Assembly: GCA_046485165.1 (NCBI GenBank)
Contig: JAWOHM010000083.1
Coordinates: 1-43,721 of the forward strand
Length of the DNA: 43,721 nt
Direction: 5' to 3'
DNA from: Thermoplasmata archaeon
Lineage (GTDB): Archaea > Thermoplasmatota > Thermoplasmata > SG8-5
The position numbers and the translations under genes were made by a program. The notes beneath the pieces were generated by a model. That model was given only the letters and a program-made list of their open reading frames with translations. It made no database searches and had not been told where the DNA came from. Of this stretch, positions 34,322 through 43,698 are shown piece after piece; within the stretch, counting starts at the first letter, position 1; every line of letters starts with the position of its first letter.

Positions 34322-35260
34322 ATGAAGCGCGACATGATATCCATACTGGACTTCGAGAACGAGATCGACGAGACGTTGGACCTGGCCATGAAGCTTAAGT
34401 CCCACATCAAGTCGGGAAAGACATTCCGGCCCCTGGAGGGAAAGCACATGGGCATGATATTCGAGAAGCCCAGCCTGCGCACCAGAATAAGTTTCGAGAT
34501 TGGTTTCTCACACCTGGGCGGCGACGCGCTTTACATCTCCCCCAGCGAGATCCAGATAGGAAAGCGCGAGAGCGTCCACGATGTCGCGAAGGTGATTTCC
34601 AGGTACGCCGATATAATCATGTACCGCGCCTTCAGCAACAAGATAATGCGGGAGTTGGCCCTGAACGCCGACGTCCCGGTGATAAACGCGCTAGACGACC
34701 TGGAGCATCCATGCCAGATAATGGCGGACTTCCAAACCATAAAGGAGCAGAAGGGCAAACTGAAAGGCCTGAAACTGGTGTACATTGGCGACGGAAACAA
34801 TGTGTGCAATTCCCTCCTACTGGGGGCAGCTGCAACCGGCATGAACATGACTGTGTGCTGCCCACTCGGCTACGAGCCGAACAATGAGGTATTCACCAGG
34901 GCGCAGAAGCTGGGCGAGAAGAACGGCGTGAAGATCGAGATTGTTCGCGAGCCGGACATCGCAGCCAAGAATGCCGATGTCATATACACAGACACCTGGA
35001 CCTCCATGGGCCAGGAAGCGGAGAAGGAGAAGCGCCTCCAGGTATTTCCCCCATACCAAGTCAACAAGAAACTTGTCTCGAATGCGAATCCGGATTACAT
35101 ATTCCTGCACTGCCTGCCTGCGCACCGGAATGAGGAAGTTACCGATGAGATAATTGACTCCCCGAATTCAAAGGTGTTCGACGAGGCTGAGAATCGGATG
35201 TGGGCGCAGATGGCCATAATCTTGAAGCTGTTGGCACCAGATTCGGTTAAGAATCTGTAA
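34322..35260 (+). CDS. argF: Ornithine carbamoyltransferase
   Basis: SLRTRISFE (the STRTR motif), HPCQ, DTWTSMG and HCLPA are present. Length is 312 aa. Confidence 0.88.
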   Translation: MKRDMISILDFENEIDETLDLAMKLKSHIKSGKTFRPLEGKHMGMIFEKPSLRTRISFEIGFSHLGGDALYISPSEIQIGKRESVHDVAKVISRYADIIMYRAFSNKIMRELALNADVPVINALDDLEHPCQIMADFQTIKEQKGKLKGLKLVYIGDGNNVCNSLLLGAAATGMNMTVCCPLGYEPNNEVFTRAQKLGEKNGVKIEIVREPDIAAKNADVIYTDTWTSMGQEAEKEKRLQVFPPYQVNKKLVSNANPDYIFLHCLPAHRNEEVTDEIIDSPNSKVFDEAENRMWAQMAIILKLLAPDSVKNL

Positions 35261-35519
35261 TAAACCCCACCTACGTTCAAGAGTTGAATGCAACAATAAT
35301 CAATGAATAGCAACGCATTCAACCATGGCGCGGAAACAAAGAATGACTAAATCCAGCGCCATGTGACTCACTTTATTTTGCAAACAAATGGTGAATGCGA
35401 TAGCTAAATCCAAACCAAAAATAGCATTCGCCTTGAATCGGCATTATGAAAACAATGAGATTCACAGCGTTTTCCGGTAATCGGCAATCTGCAAACGATG
35501 AGATTACCGCTCCGAAACC

Positions 35520-35527
35520 CTAATATC
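35520..35527 (+). promoter_or_regulatory. TATA-like box about 26 nt upstream of the RuBisCO ATG (leaderless-type arrangement)
   Basis: cTAATATc lies at 35520-35527. ATG 35549 has no SD-like sequence in between. Confidence 0.4.
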
Positions 35528-35548
35528 CCGGACAGCCATTCCATCATC

Positions 35549-36967
35549 ATGAACAAGAAGGAGTTGCTGAAGACCCTGAACGCCCACCAGCAGGCGTACG
35601 TGAATCTTGATTTGCCGAACCCCGCCAACGGGGAATACATGCTTGCCGTATTCTCGATGAAGCCCGGCGGCAAGCTGAACATGCTTCAAGCGGCATGCGA
35701 GGTCGCGGCGGAATCATCCACCGGCACTAATTTTCTGGTGAACACGGAGACCCCATTTTCCAGGGAGATGAATGCCCTTGTCTACGACATAGATTCGGAG
35801 CATGTCTGGATTGCATTCCCCACACGTCTGTTCGACCGGGGGGGCAACATCCAGAATATACTCACATATGTCGTCGGGAACGTTCTCGGCATGAAAGAGG
35901 TGAATGCCCTCAGGCTCGAGGATGTATGGTTCCCGCCCGCAATGCTGGAGCAATACGACGGCCCCAGTTACACAATAGATGATATGAGGAGATACCTGGA
36001 TGTGCATGACAGACCAATTCTGGGCACCATAGTCAAGCCCAAGATGGGCTTGACATCCGCAGAGTACGCCGAGGTATGCTACGACTTCTGGGTCGGGGGA
36101 GGCGATTTCGTGAAGAACGATGAGCCGCAGGCCAACCAGGATTTCTGCCCGTATGACAAGATGGTGCGCCATGTAAAAATGGCAATGGACAAGGCGGTGA
36201 AAGAGACCGGCCGGAAAAAGGTCCATTCGTTCAATGTATCCGCTGCGGATTACGATACAATGCTCCAACGCTGCGAGCTCATAAGGAGCGCGGGATTCGA
36301 GCCGGGCAGCTATGCATTTCTCATAGATGGAATCACCGCTGGATGGATGGCGGTGCAGACCCTGAGGCGCATGTACCCAGACGTTTTCATACATTACCAC
36401 AGGGCATCCCACGGCGCCTACACCAGGCCCGAGAATGCATTCGGGTTCTCCGTGCTCGTGCTCTCGAAGTTCGCACGCCTGGCAGGCGCCTCTGGCATAC
36501 ACACAGGGACCGCAGGTGTCGGAAAGATGAAGGGCACTCCCGAGGAGGACATCACCGCGGCCAATGCCATATTAAGGATGAAAAGCAAGGGTCATTTCTT
36601 CGAGCAATCTTGGGCCACAGTCGGCGAGGGAGACAGCGACATTGCAGTTCTTATCAAGCAGGACGCCAGGGGCAAGGAGGTACTGAAGGATGATGACTGG
36701 CGAGGAATGAAAAAATGCTGCCCGATAATTTCCGGCGGCCTCAATCCCACACTTCTCAAACCGTTCATTGATGTGATGGGCCACACGGAGTTCATCACCA
36801 CCATGGGCGCGGGTTGCCATGCACATCCCCGCGGGACCAAGGCCGGCGCGGCCGCATTGGTGCAGGCCTGCGACGCATATTTAAAGGGTGTGGATATCCA
36901 CAAATACGCAAAGAACCGCAAGGAACTGGCCGAAGCGATTACTTTCTTCGGGAAGGTCAAGAAATAA
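35549..36967 (+). CDS. rbcL: RuBisCO large subunit, form II-like (form II/III type in an archaeal context)
   Basis: Strings shared with form II enzymes as I remember them (for example Rhodospirillum rubrum): YVNL, AAESSTGTN, ALVYD, GTIVKPKMGL, GGGDFVKNDEPQANQ, HYHRASHGA, ARLAGASGIHTGTAGVGKMKG and CCPIISGGLN. The track ORF starts at 35498. ATG 35549 (MNKKELL) is preferred. Confidence 0.88.
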   Translation: MNKKELLKTLNAHQQAYVNLDLPNPANGEYMLAVFSMKPGGKLNMLQAACEVAAESSTGTNFLVNTETPFSREMNALVYDIDSEHVWIAFPTRLFDRGGNIQNILTYVVGNVLGMKEVNALRLEDVWFPPAMLEQYDGPSYTIDDMRRYLDVHDRPILGTIVKPKMGLTSAEYAEVCYDFWVGGGDFVKNDEPQANQDFCPYDKMVRHVKMAMDKAVKETGRKKVHSFNVSAADYDTMLQRCELIRSAGFEPGSYAFLIDGITAGWMAVQTLRRMYPDVFIHYHRASHGAYTRPENAFGFSVLVLSKFARLAGASGIHTGTAGVGKMKGTPEEDITAANAILRMKSKGHFFEQSWATVGEGDSDIAVLIKQDARGKEVLKDDDWRGMKKCCPIISGGLNPTLLKPFIDVMGHTEFITTMGAGCHAHPRGTKAGAAALVQACDAYLKGVDIHKYAKNRKELAEAITFFGKVKK

Positions 36968-37012
36968 CTGCCTTCCGCAACAAATTTATCGCAGATACGG
37001 ATACTGCAGTCC

Positions 37013-37879
37013 ATGAATATCATCCCACTGGCCGCCGAGAGCCTCGGCGTCCGCAGCATGGCGGTTTTCGTTGAGACGCCGGGCCTGAAACTCCTCATCG
37101 ACCCCGGGGTCAGCCTCGCCCCGAAAAGGTTCGGCCTGGGGCCCAGCAAGATGGAATTGGCGAGGGAGAAGGCGCTGTGGAAGAAGGTCATGTCCTGTGC
37201 AAGAAAGGCCGATGCGCTCACAATCTCTCATTATCATTTCGACCATTACAATCCGGATAGGCCAGATATGTTCAGTGGCAAACAACTCTTCATAAAGCAC
37301 CCGGCCGATAACATCAACCAGAGTCAGAAGGGGCGGGCCGAGATTTTTTTCAAAGCCATCGAAGGCATTCCGAACAGCGTGGAATTTGCTGACGGCGCGG
37401 AATTCGAGTTCGGCAATACCGCAGTCAAATTCTCGAAAGCCGTGCCCCATGGGACGAACACGCGCCTGGGTTATGTCATCCAGACAGGAATCGAATGCAA
37501 GAGAGACATTTTCCTTCATACCTCCGATGTGGAGGGGCCAAGCCTTGACAGCCAGCTTGATTTCATCCTGGAAATGCAGCCGACCGTGGTCGCCTGCGAC
37601 GGCCCCATGACCTACCTGATGTACAAGTATGGGAACAAAGCCATGGAGCGCAGCCTGGCCAATCTTGAGAGGATAATGCGGGAGACCCCCTGCAAGACCC
37701 TGATGCTGGACCATCACCTGCCACGGGACCCGAATTGGCGTGGCAAACTCCAACCTGTGTTCCAGGCCGGTCGAGAATGTGGCTGCAATGTCACCACATT
37801 CGCCGGATCTTTGGGTAAGGAAGATGACCTTTTGGAGGCTAGGAGAAGGGAAATAGTCACCGGCGGGCGTGACAAATGA
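37013..37879 (+). CDS. Metallo-beta-lactamase fold hydrolase (UPF0282-like)
   Basis: The ISHYHFDH metal-binding motif is present. Length is 288 aa. It starts 45 nt after the RuBisCO stop on the same strand. Confidence 0.7.
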   Translation: MNIIPLAAESLGVRSMAVFVETPGLKLLIDPGVSLAPKRFGLGPSKMELAREKALWKKVMSCARKADALTISHYHFDHYNPDRPDMFSGKQLFIKHPADNINQSQKGRAEIFFKAIEGIPNSVEFADGAEFEFGNTAVKFSKAVPHGTNTRLGYVIQTGIECKRDIFLHTSDVEGPSLDSQLDFILEMQPTVVACDGPMTYLMYKYGNKAMERSLANLERIMRETPCKTLMLDHHLPRDPNWRGKLQPVFQAGRECGCNVTTFAGSLGKEDDLLEARRREIVTGGRDK

Positions 37880-37940
37880 TTATATAGTTGGGCATTTTTC
37901 GGAGGATTGCCCTGGCTAGGCCCGGGCCCAAGGTGAAATC

Positions 37941-39839
37941 ATGGTTTCAAAGACCAGAAGCGTGCTCGAGAAGAATCTGAATGTCCGTGAACTGAAAAAG
38001 CTGGACAAGATAGGCAATCCAGAAGTCCATGAGACAATAGCCAAGTACATCGATATCTGCCAGCCTTCGGGCGTTTTCGTTGTCACCGATGACCCGGCCG
38101 ACTGGAATTATGTCAGGCAATCAGCAATGCGCCATCACGAGGAGGCGCCATTGAAGTTCAAGAACCACACGGTTCACTTCGACGCCTATGACGACCAGGG
38201 TAGGGACAAGAAGAACACTGCATACCTGTTCGATGACCCGAACTACCTGGAGCCGGAGCTCAACCAGAAGAACAGGAAGGAAGGGCTTGCCGAGATTCAC
38301 GAGATAATGAAAGGCATCATGAAAGGAAAGGAGTTGTACATCTGTTTCTTCAGCCTCGGGCCGGTGCTTTCTGAGTTTGCCATACCTTGCCTCCAGCTCA
38401 CCGACTCTGCTTATGTTGCGCACAGCGAGGGTCTGCTCTACAGGACAGGGTACAAGCTCTTCACCACGGTCAACGGCGGTTACAAGAGATTCTTCAAGCT
38501 AATCCATTCCCAGGGCGAGAATGCAGAATCAAGCCTCGGGCTCAGGGTCAGCAAGAACCTGGACAAGCGCAGGATATACATCGACGTGAAAGAGGAGATT
38601 GTGTACAGTGTGAACACCCAGTACGGCGGAAATACAATCGGCTTGAAGAAGCTGGCTATGCGCCTGGCCATAAACCGTGCCTGCAGCGAGGACTGGCTCA
38701 CAGAGCACATGTTCATTATGAGGGTCACGGCGCGCAACGGCCGACGCGTGTATATGACAGGCGCCTTCCCATCAATGTGCGGCAAGACATCCACCGCGAT
38801 GGTCCCGGACGAGGCCATACTCGGGGACGACATTGCGTTCCTCAGGATAGTGGGCGACAACGTGCGGGCCGTGAATGTCGAGAAAGGGATGTTCGGGGTC
38901 ATACACGGCATCAACTCCAGGGACGACCCGCAGCTCTGGAATGTTCTGAAGAACCCGGAGAACGAGATCATCTTCTCCAACATCCTGGTCAAGCCGTACG
39001 GAGGCATATATTGGCAGGGAATGGACGGCGCCTGCCCGGAGATGGGTTTCAACCACTCGGGGGAATGGAGGAAAGGGAAGGTCGATGCGGCCGGGAAGGA
39101 GATACCCCCATCACACAAGAATGCAAGGTTCTGCCTGTCCCTGAACTGCCTTGACAACGTGGAGCCGAGGCTGGAGGATCCGGAGGGCGTGAGGATTCGC
39201 GCCATAATCTACGGCGGCAGGGATTCGGATACCTGGGTGCCGGTCGAAGAGGCATTCGATTGGCAGCATGGCATCATAACCAAGGGCGCCAGCCTTGAGT
39301 CCGAGACCACCGCGGCAACCCTGGGCCAGACCGGAGTAACTGTTTTCAACCCGATGTCCAACCTTGATTTTCTCTCGGTACCGGTGGGCACATATGTGAA
39401 GAAGAACCTGGAATTCGGCGCCAGATGTGAAAATCCGCCCAGGATATTCAGCACCAACTATTTCATAAAGGACTCGAAGACTGACAAATACCTCAACGAC
39501 ATAGCCGACAAGAGGGTGTGGCTGAAATGGGTGGCAAACAGGGTGCATGACGACGCGGACGCCATACGCACACCGACAGGCATGATTCCGACCTATGATG
39601 ACCTCCGCGATATATTCAGGGACGTTTTGGAGAAGGAATACTCCAAGGAGGCGTATGTCAAGCAGTTCGCGCTCTGGTGCTCCTCCCACCTGACCAAGAT
39701 CGACAGGTTGATGGTCCTCTACAGGGACAGGGTGAAAAACGCGCCCCCCGAGGTATTCGAGGTCATGATGGAGCAGAGAGCCAGGATAGAGAAGCTGCAG
39801 AAGGAGAAGGGCGACATGGTGTCGCCGTTCGACATGTGA
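37941..39839 (+). CDS. pckG: Phosphoenolpyruvate carboxykinase (GTP)
   Basis: The kinase-1a-like FPSMCGKTS is present. Length (632 aa) and the blocks YGGNTIGLKK, ILGDDIAFLR and FSTNYF are typical of GTP-dependent PEPCK. Confidence 0.88.
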   Translation: MVSKTRSVLEKNLNVRELKKLDKIGNPEVHETIAKYIDICQPSGVFVVTDDPADWNYVRQSAMRHHEEAPLKFKNHTVHFDAYDDQGRDKKNTAYLFDDPNYLEPELNQKNRKEGLAEIHEIMKGIMKGKELYICFFSLGPVLSEFAIPCLQLTDSAYVAHSEGLLYRTGYKLFTTVNGGYKRFFKLIHSQGENAESSLGLRVSKNLDKRRIYIDVKEEIVYSVNTQYGGNTIGLKKLAMRLAINRACSEDWLTEHMFIMRVTARNGRRVYMTGAFPSMCGKTSTAMVPDEAILGDDIAFLRIVGDNVRAVNVEKGMFGVIHGINSRDDPQLWNVLKNPENEIIFSNILVKPYGGIYWQGMDGACPEMGFNHSGEWRKGKVDAAGKEIPPSHKNARFCLSLNCLDNVEPRLEDPEGVRIRAIIYGGRDSDTWVPVEEAFDWQHGIITKGASLESETTAATLGQTGVTVFNPMSNLDFLSVPVGTYVKKNLEFGARCENPPRIFSTNYFIKDSKTDKYLNDIADKRVWLKWVANRVHDDADAIRTPTGMIPTYDDLRDIFRDVLEKEYSKEAYVKQFALWCSSHLTKIDRLMVLYRDRVKNAPPEVFEVMMEQRARIEKLQKEKGDMVSPFDM

Positions 39840-39868
39840 GTTATTGCATCAAGCAATAAATTAATAAG

Positions 39869-39941
39869 TGCGGTTGGCCGGATTTGAACCAGCGACAACC
39901 TGATCTTCAGTCAGGCACTCTCCCAGCTGAGTTACAACCGC
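39869..39941 (-). tRNA. tRNA-Phe (GAA), 73 nt, no encoded CCA
   Basis: The reverse complement is GCGGTTG-TA-ACTC-AGCTGGGA-GAGT-G-CCTGA-CTGAAGA-TCAGG-TTGTC-GCTGG-TTCAAAT-CCGGC-CAACCGC-A. This folds into a full cloverleaf with a GAA anticodon. Confidence 0.95.
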
Positions 39942-39991
39942 ACCCGGGACATTGGCGCAATGGGTGAATGCATATTAACCTTTTTGTCGTC

Positions 39992-40546
39992 TCAGTCCAG
40001 GAACTCCACGCTGCCATCCTCTAGATGATAAACCGCGCCTTTCAGGGTTGTTTCCCCCGATTCCACTGCTTTGGATATTGCTTGGCTTTTCTCGAGCAGG
40101 TGCCCCATCTGCATCCGGATATTGGCCTTGACGTGGTCCTTCTCCCTCAGGAAGCAGCACCTTATCTCATCCACTATCTCGCCGACATTGGAATCATCGC
40201 CCGGTCCCTGTTCGGCCGCGTGCAGGGCGCCGCATCTGGTATGCCCCATCACAACGACAAGGGGGACATGGAGATGCTCAACGGCATATTCCAGGGAGCC
40301 GATTGCCGAGGCGTCCATGGCGATATTCCCCGCGTCCCGGACCACGAATATCTCGCCTATGCCAACATCAAAAATCAATTCGGGCGGAACTCTTGAATCC
40401 GAGCATGTCAGTATGGCTGCAAATGGCTTCTGGCCGTCGAGATGTTTCTGGATGATACCATCGTTCTTGGAGACGAACTTCCTGTTGCCTGTCAGTAGGC
40501 GCTCGATGTGTTCTCCGGCTGACATCTCATCACCTGCAATATCCAA
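39992..40546 (-). CDS. Beta-class carbonic anhydrase
   Basis: CSDSRVPPE and HTRCGA Zn-ligand motifs are present. Length is 184 aa. Confidence 0.88.
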   Translation of the reverse strand: MDIAGDEMSAGEHIERLLTGNRKFVSKNDGIIQKHLDGQKPFAAILTCSDSRVPPELIFDVGIGEIFVVRDAGNIAMDASAIGSLEYAVEHLHVPLVVVMGHTRCGALHAAEQGPGDDSNVGEIVDEIRCCFLREKDHVKANIRMQMGHLLEKSQAISKAVESGETTLKGAVYHLEDGSVEFLD

Positions 40547-40550
40547 AACA

Positions 40551-42068
40551 TCATGGGCGCCTGGATGACCGGGCTGCGTATCTGGTCGCCCTCAGCGCGG
40601 CTCTGTACATCCGCCTCATTTCCATTATGAACGGGCTGGGCTTTCTGGCCCTCCTGACCGTCTTGCTTGCGGCTGCTGCCTCAGGCTTGTAAAGGAATGC
40701 CAGCCCTGCAGCGATGAAGCAGAGCAATGCAGCGGGCAGGAATGCATATGTGAATGCCAATCCCGCATCCTGGACAGCGCCTGCAATGAAGGGGCCGGCT
40801 ATGCCGCCGATTCCGTATGAGGTGAAGACATATCCATAATTGATTCCCACGGTGTCCGAGCCGAAAGAATCTGCGGTCGCTGCCGGGAAGAGGGCAAAAT
40901 TGCCTCCGAAGTTGAAGCCGATAAGGGCTGCGACGATGTAGAATAAATATTCGCTGCCGGTCGTGTAGAAGAAGAAGGCCATCATCGCGCCCTGGAACAG
41001 GAACATGGCGATGAGAGCATTTTTGCGGCCTATCTTGTCAGAAACCTGGCCCCATACGATTCTGCCTGCACCGTTGAATATGGGCAAGCATATGGCCGCG
41101 CCGAGCACTGCGAAATCTGCGGCCTGCTGGGCTGTGAATCCATGGCCCTCGAAACCATCTGTAGCGTGCTTGGCGAAGTTCTGAACGTTGCCTATGACCA
41201 TGAGGCCGGCCAAGGCTCCGAATATGAACATTGTCCAGAGCATCCAGAACTGGGGGCTCCTCATCATCTCCTTGGGTGAGAATCCTTTGAACGCGGCCTT
41301 TCCGGGCGTCGGGGCAGGGGGGTTCCACCCAGCTGGCTTCCAGCCATCCGGGGGGTTGACCATGACGAGCGATCCCAGCACAACGAGGGCCAGGAACAGA
41401 ACTCCGTAAATCATGAAAACCATGTCCACATTGGCCACAGTGTAAACGAAGGGGTGAGCCGCATCTACAATTGTCTTGGTTATCAAGCCGCTGAATCCCA
41501 GGACGCTGGGCGGGTTGGCAAGCAATATCCAGATGAATGCACCGAACCCGAATCCCGCGACCGCGATACCGCTGACCAGGCCCTTCTTGTCCGGGAACCA
41601 CTTGACGCCGGTTGCAATCGGAACCACATACGCCAGACCTATCCCGGCACCGCCGATTATTCCGATTGTGGCGAGTTTCCCTATGAAACTTGCGCCGACG
41701 AGGCCGCCGAGGATGTAACCAAGACCGAGAACTATGCCGCCCATGAGAGCCATTGTCCGCGGCCCGTATTTTTTCATCATGCGGCCGCCGATTATGGTCA
41801 TGATAGCGAAGGCAGCAAGCCCTGCGCTGAATATCAGCTGGGTTTCCAACTTTGTGAAACCGTACTCGCTGGTTGCTCCGGAGAGTGGGGTTGTGAAAGC
41901 CGACCACGCATAGATGGCCCCGAGGGCCAGCTGTATAAGAATGGCCCCTATCACCACCAACCAGCGGCTCATAACTTTCTTTGGCTGTTCTGCCATCGCG
42001 TTCAGTTGCGCAGCGTTCTCTGGAGCCGGGATTCCGGCACTATTGTCGTCTGACATGCTCGCGGTCAC
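40551..42068 (-). CDS. MFS transporter, oxalate/formate antiporter (OFA)-like family
   Basis: It has about 12 hydrophobic segments and GGRMMKKYGPR in the loop 2-3 position. The Arg-rich C-terminal tail is TVRRARKPSPFIMEMRRMYRAALRATRYAARSSRRP. Its stop lies 4 nt before the carbonic anhydrase start. Confidence 0.75.
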   Translation of the reverse strand: MTASMSDDNSAGIPAPENAAQLNAMAEQPKKVMSRWLVVIGAILIQLALGAIYAWSAFTTPLSGATSEYGFTKLETQLIFSAGLAAFAIMTIIGGRMMKKYGPRTMALMGGIVLGLGYILGGLVGASFIGKLATIGIIGGAGIGLAYVVPIATGVKWFPDKKGLVSGIAVAGFGFGAFIWILLANPPSVLGFSGLITKTIVDAAHPFVYTVANVDMVFMIYGVLFLALVVLGSLVMVNPPDGWKPAGWNPPAPTPGKAAFKGFSPKEMMRSPQFWMLWTMFIFGALAGLMVIGNVQNFAKHATDGFEGHGFTAQQAADFAVLGAAICLPIFNGAGRIVWGQVSDKIGRKNALIAMFLFQGAMMAFFFYTTGSEYLFYIVAALIGFNFGGNFALFPAATADSFGSDTVGINYGYVFTSYGIGGIAGPFIAGAVQDAGLAFTYAFLPAALLCFIAAGLAFLYKPEAAAASKTVRRARKPSPFIMEMRRMYRAALRATRYAARSSRRP

Positions 42069-42118
42069 CTATGCGCCCGCAAGTACCATTTACTAATATA
42101 ACTTTCTCAATATGTAAT

Positions 42119-43126
42119 TTACAAATTCCAGTGCTTCGAATGTACATTCTGGGCTTCAGATATCCATTTGGAGCCGTTGAGTTCCGCGTCCGCGACATCG
42201 TCGAAGCAGGTGGTGGCCTGCTCCCCCCCGGCCATGGCCATCGCATTGCCGACCACATCAGCCAGGGCGTGGATGTTGTATCCGCCCTCCAGGAACACGG
42301 CCCATCTGTTCTCGCAGATGTCCTCCGCAAGCTTCGCCATCCTTTCCATCATTTTCAAGTATCCCTTGCTGGACAGTGTCAGTGATGATAGCGGGTCCAT
42401 GTAATGCGCGTCAACGCCCAAACTGACGAGCAGGGCATCCGGCTTGAACTGTTCCAGTATGGGGATTATCAGCCTGTCCCTGGCCGCTTCAAATGTCGCA
42501 TCGCCACAATGGGCGCCCATTGGTATGTTCACGGTATATCCCTCACCTTCGCGCACCCCGGTCTCTGAAGTCGGGCCGGTTCCGGGGTAGATTCCCCACT
42601 GGTGGGTGGAAATGTAAAGGATGTCGCTCCGGTCCAGGAAGGCATCATTGGTGCCGTTGCCATGGTGCACGTCTATGTCCACGATAGCGACCCTATCCAA
42701 TTTTTTCCTGAGCCAGTTCGCTGCAACTGCGACATTGTTGATGTAACAGAACCCCATGCCCTGGTTGGTTGTGGCATGGTGGCCGGGCGGCCTGACCAGC
42801 GCGAATGTCGGTTCCCTGTGGTCCAGCATGTTGGCGGCCGCTGCAATGCCGCCCCCCGCCGCCAGCATTGCCATGTCATAGGTGTAAGGATAGACCGCGG
42901 TATCCGCATCCAGCCGTCCCCTGCCGAAATGTTTCAGCAGGTTCAGATAATCTTCCGAATGGACCGGGGTGATGTCCTTCAGGTCAGCCGGTTCGGGGGT
43001 GATGATGCCGGGATGGAGTTCATGCTCGTCCATGTGGGCCATGATCGAGGACAGGCGCTCCGGGCACTCGGGATGGCTGGCGGCCTGGGTCTGCTTCAGG
43101 AAATCCTCATGATAGACAATCTTCAT
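42119..43126 (-). CDS. Histone deacetylase / acetoin utilization (AcuC) / acetylpolyamine amidohydrolase family protein
   Basis: RPPGHHA, DIDVHHGNGT and LEGGY are present. The track ORF starts at 43192. ATG 43126 (MKIVYHEDF) is preferred because it overlaps the upstream stop (ATGA). Confidence 0.85.
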   Translation of the reverse strand: MKIVYHEDFLKQTQAASHPECPERLSSIMAHMDEHELHPGIITPEPADLKDITPVHSEDYLNLLKHFGRGRLDADTAVYPYTYDMAMLAAGGGIAAAANMLDHREPTFALVRPPGHHATTNQGMGFCYINNVAVAANWLRKKLDRVAIVDIDVHHGNGTNDAFLDRSDILYISTHQWGIYPGTGPTSETGVREGEGYTVNIPMGAHCGDATFEAARDRLIIPILEQFKPDALLVSLGVDAHYMDPLSSLTLSSKGYLKMMERMAKLAEDICENRWAVFLEGGYNIHALADVVGNAMAMAGGEQATTCFDDVADAELNGSKWISEAQNVHSKHWNL

Positions 43127-43698
43127 TGTATCAGTCCGCATTTCTCGCACTGGAGCTTCTCGTCCGGCAACAACATCAGCTTGCCGCCGCATTCCTGGCA
43201 GGCATCTTTGCTGTCATCATTTTCTTTCTTTTCGCCTTCGGAAACGGTCTTCAGCGCGTTCTCATATCTCTCCGTCTCGCTGAAATGGACAACCTTGGTA
43301 CCTGCAAGCCTGTCGAACATCTTCTGCCTGGGGTCGCCCCTCGTCGCCATGCCGGCTGCGAAGTCCAGGGGCGGAAGCGCGAACCAGAAGAATCTCGGGA
43401 TGTTGCGCAGGCAAGCCTTTCCCGCGAGGCTATCTCCCGTTGTTGGATAGACCCTGAGCCCCATCACACGCTTTCCCGCGGACGCGCCCGTCAGGGACTC
43501 CGGAACAGATGACAATAGATAGAAAACCACACTGTTCACCAACCCAACCAGGATGATTTCTTCTATGTTCAGGAAATAGAGAATGAGCGAGGTCGGGACG
43601 AATGCGATGACAGCGTCTATGATGAATGCTGCAAATCGCACCCTCCAGTGCCTGCGCAGTGAAGGGTCATGACCCCAGATGTCGAAGCCGGTTACCAT
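43123..43698 (-). CDS. RDD family membrane protein with a C-terminal Zn ribbon
   Basis: RVRFAAFIIDAVIAFVP (RDD motif) is followed by TM segments. The C-terminus is CQECGG...CEKCG. Confidence 0.7.
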   Translation of the reverse strand: MVTGFDIWGHDPSLRRHWRVRFAAFIIDAVIAFVPTSLILYFLNIEEIILVGLVNSVVFYLLSSVPESLTGASAGKRVMGLRVYPTTGDSLAGKACLRNIPRFFWFALPPLDFAAGMATRGDPRQKMFDRLAGTKVVHFSETERYENALKTVSEGEKKENDDSKDACQECGGKLMLLPDEKLQCEKCGLIQ

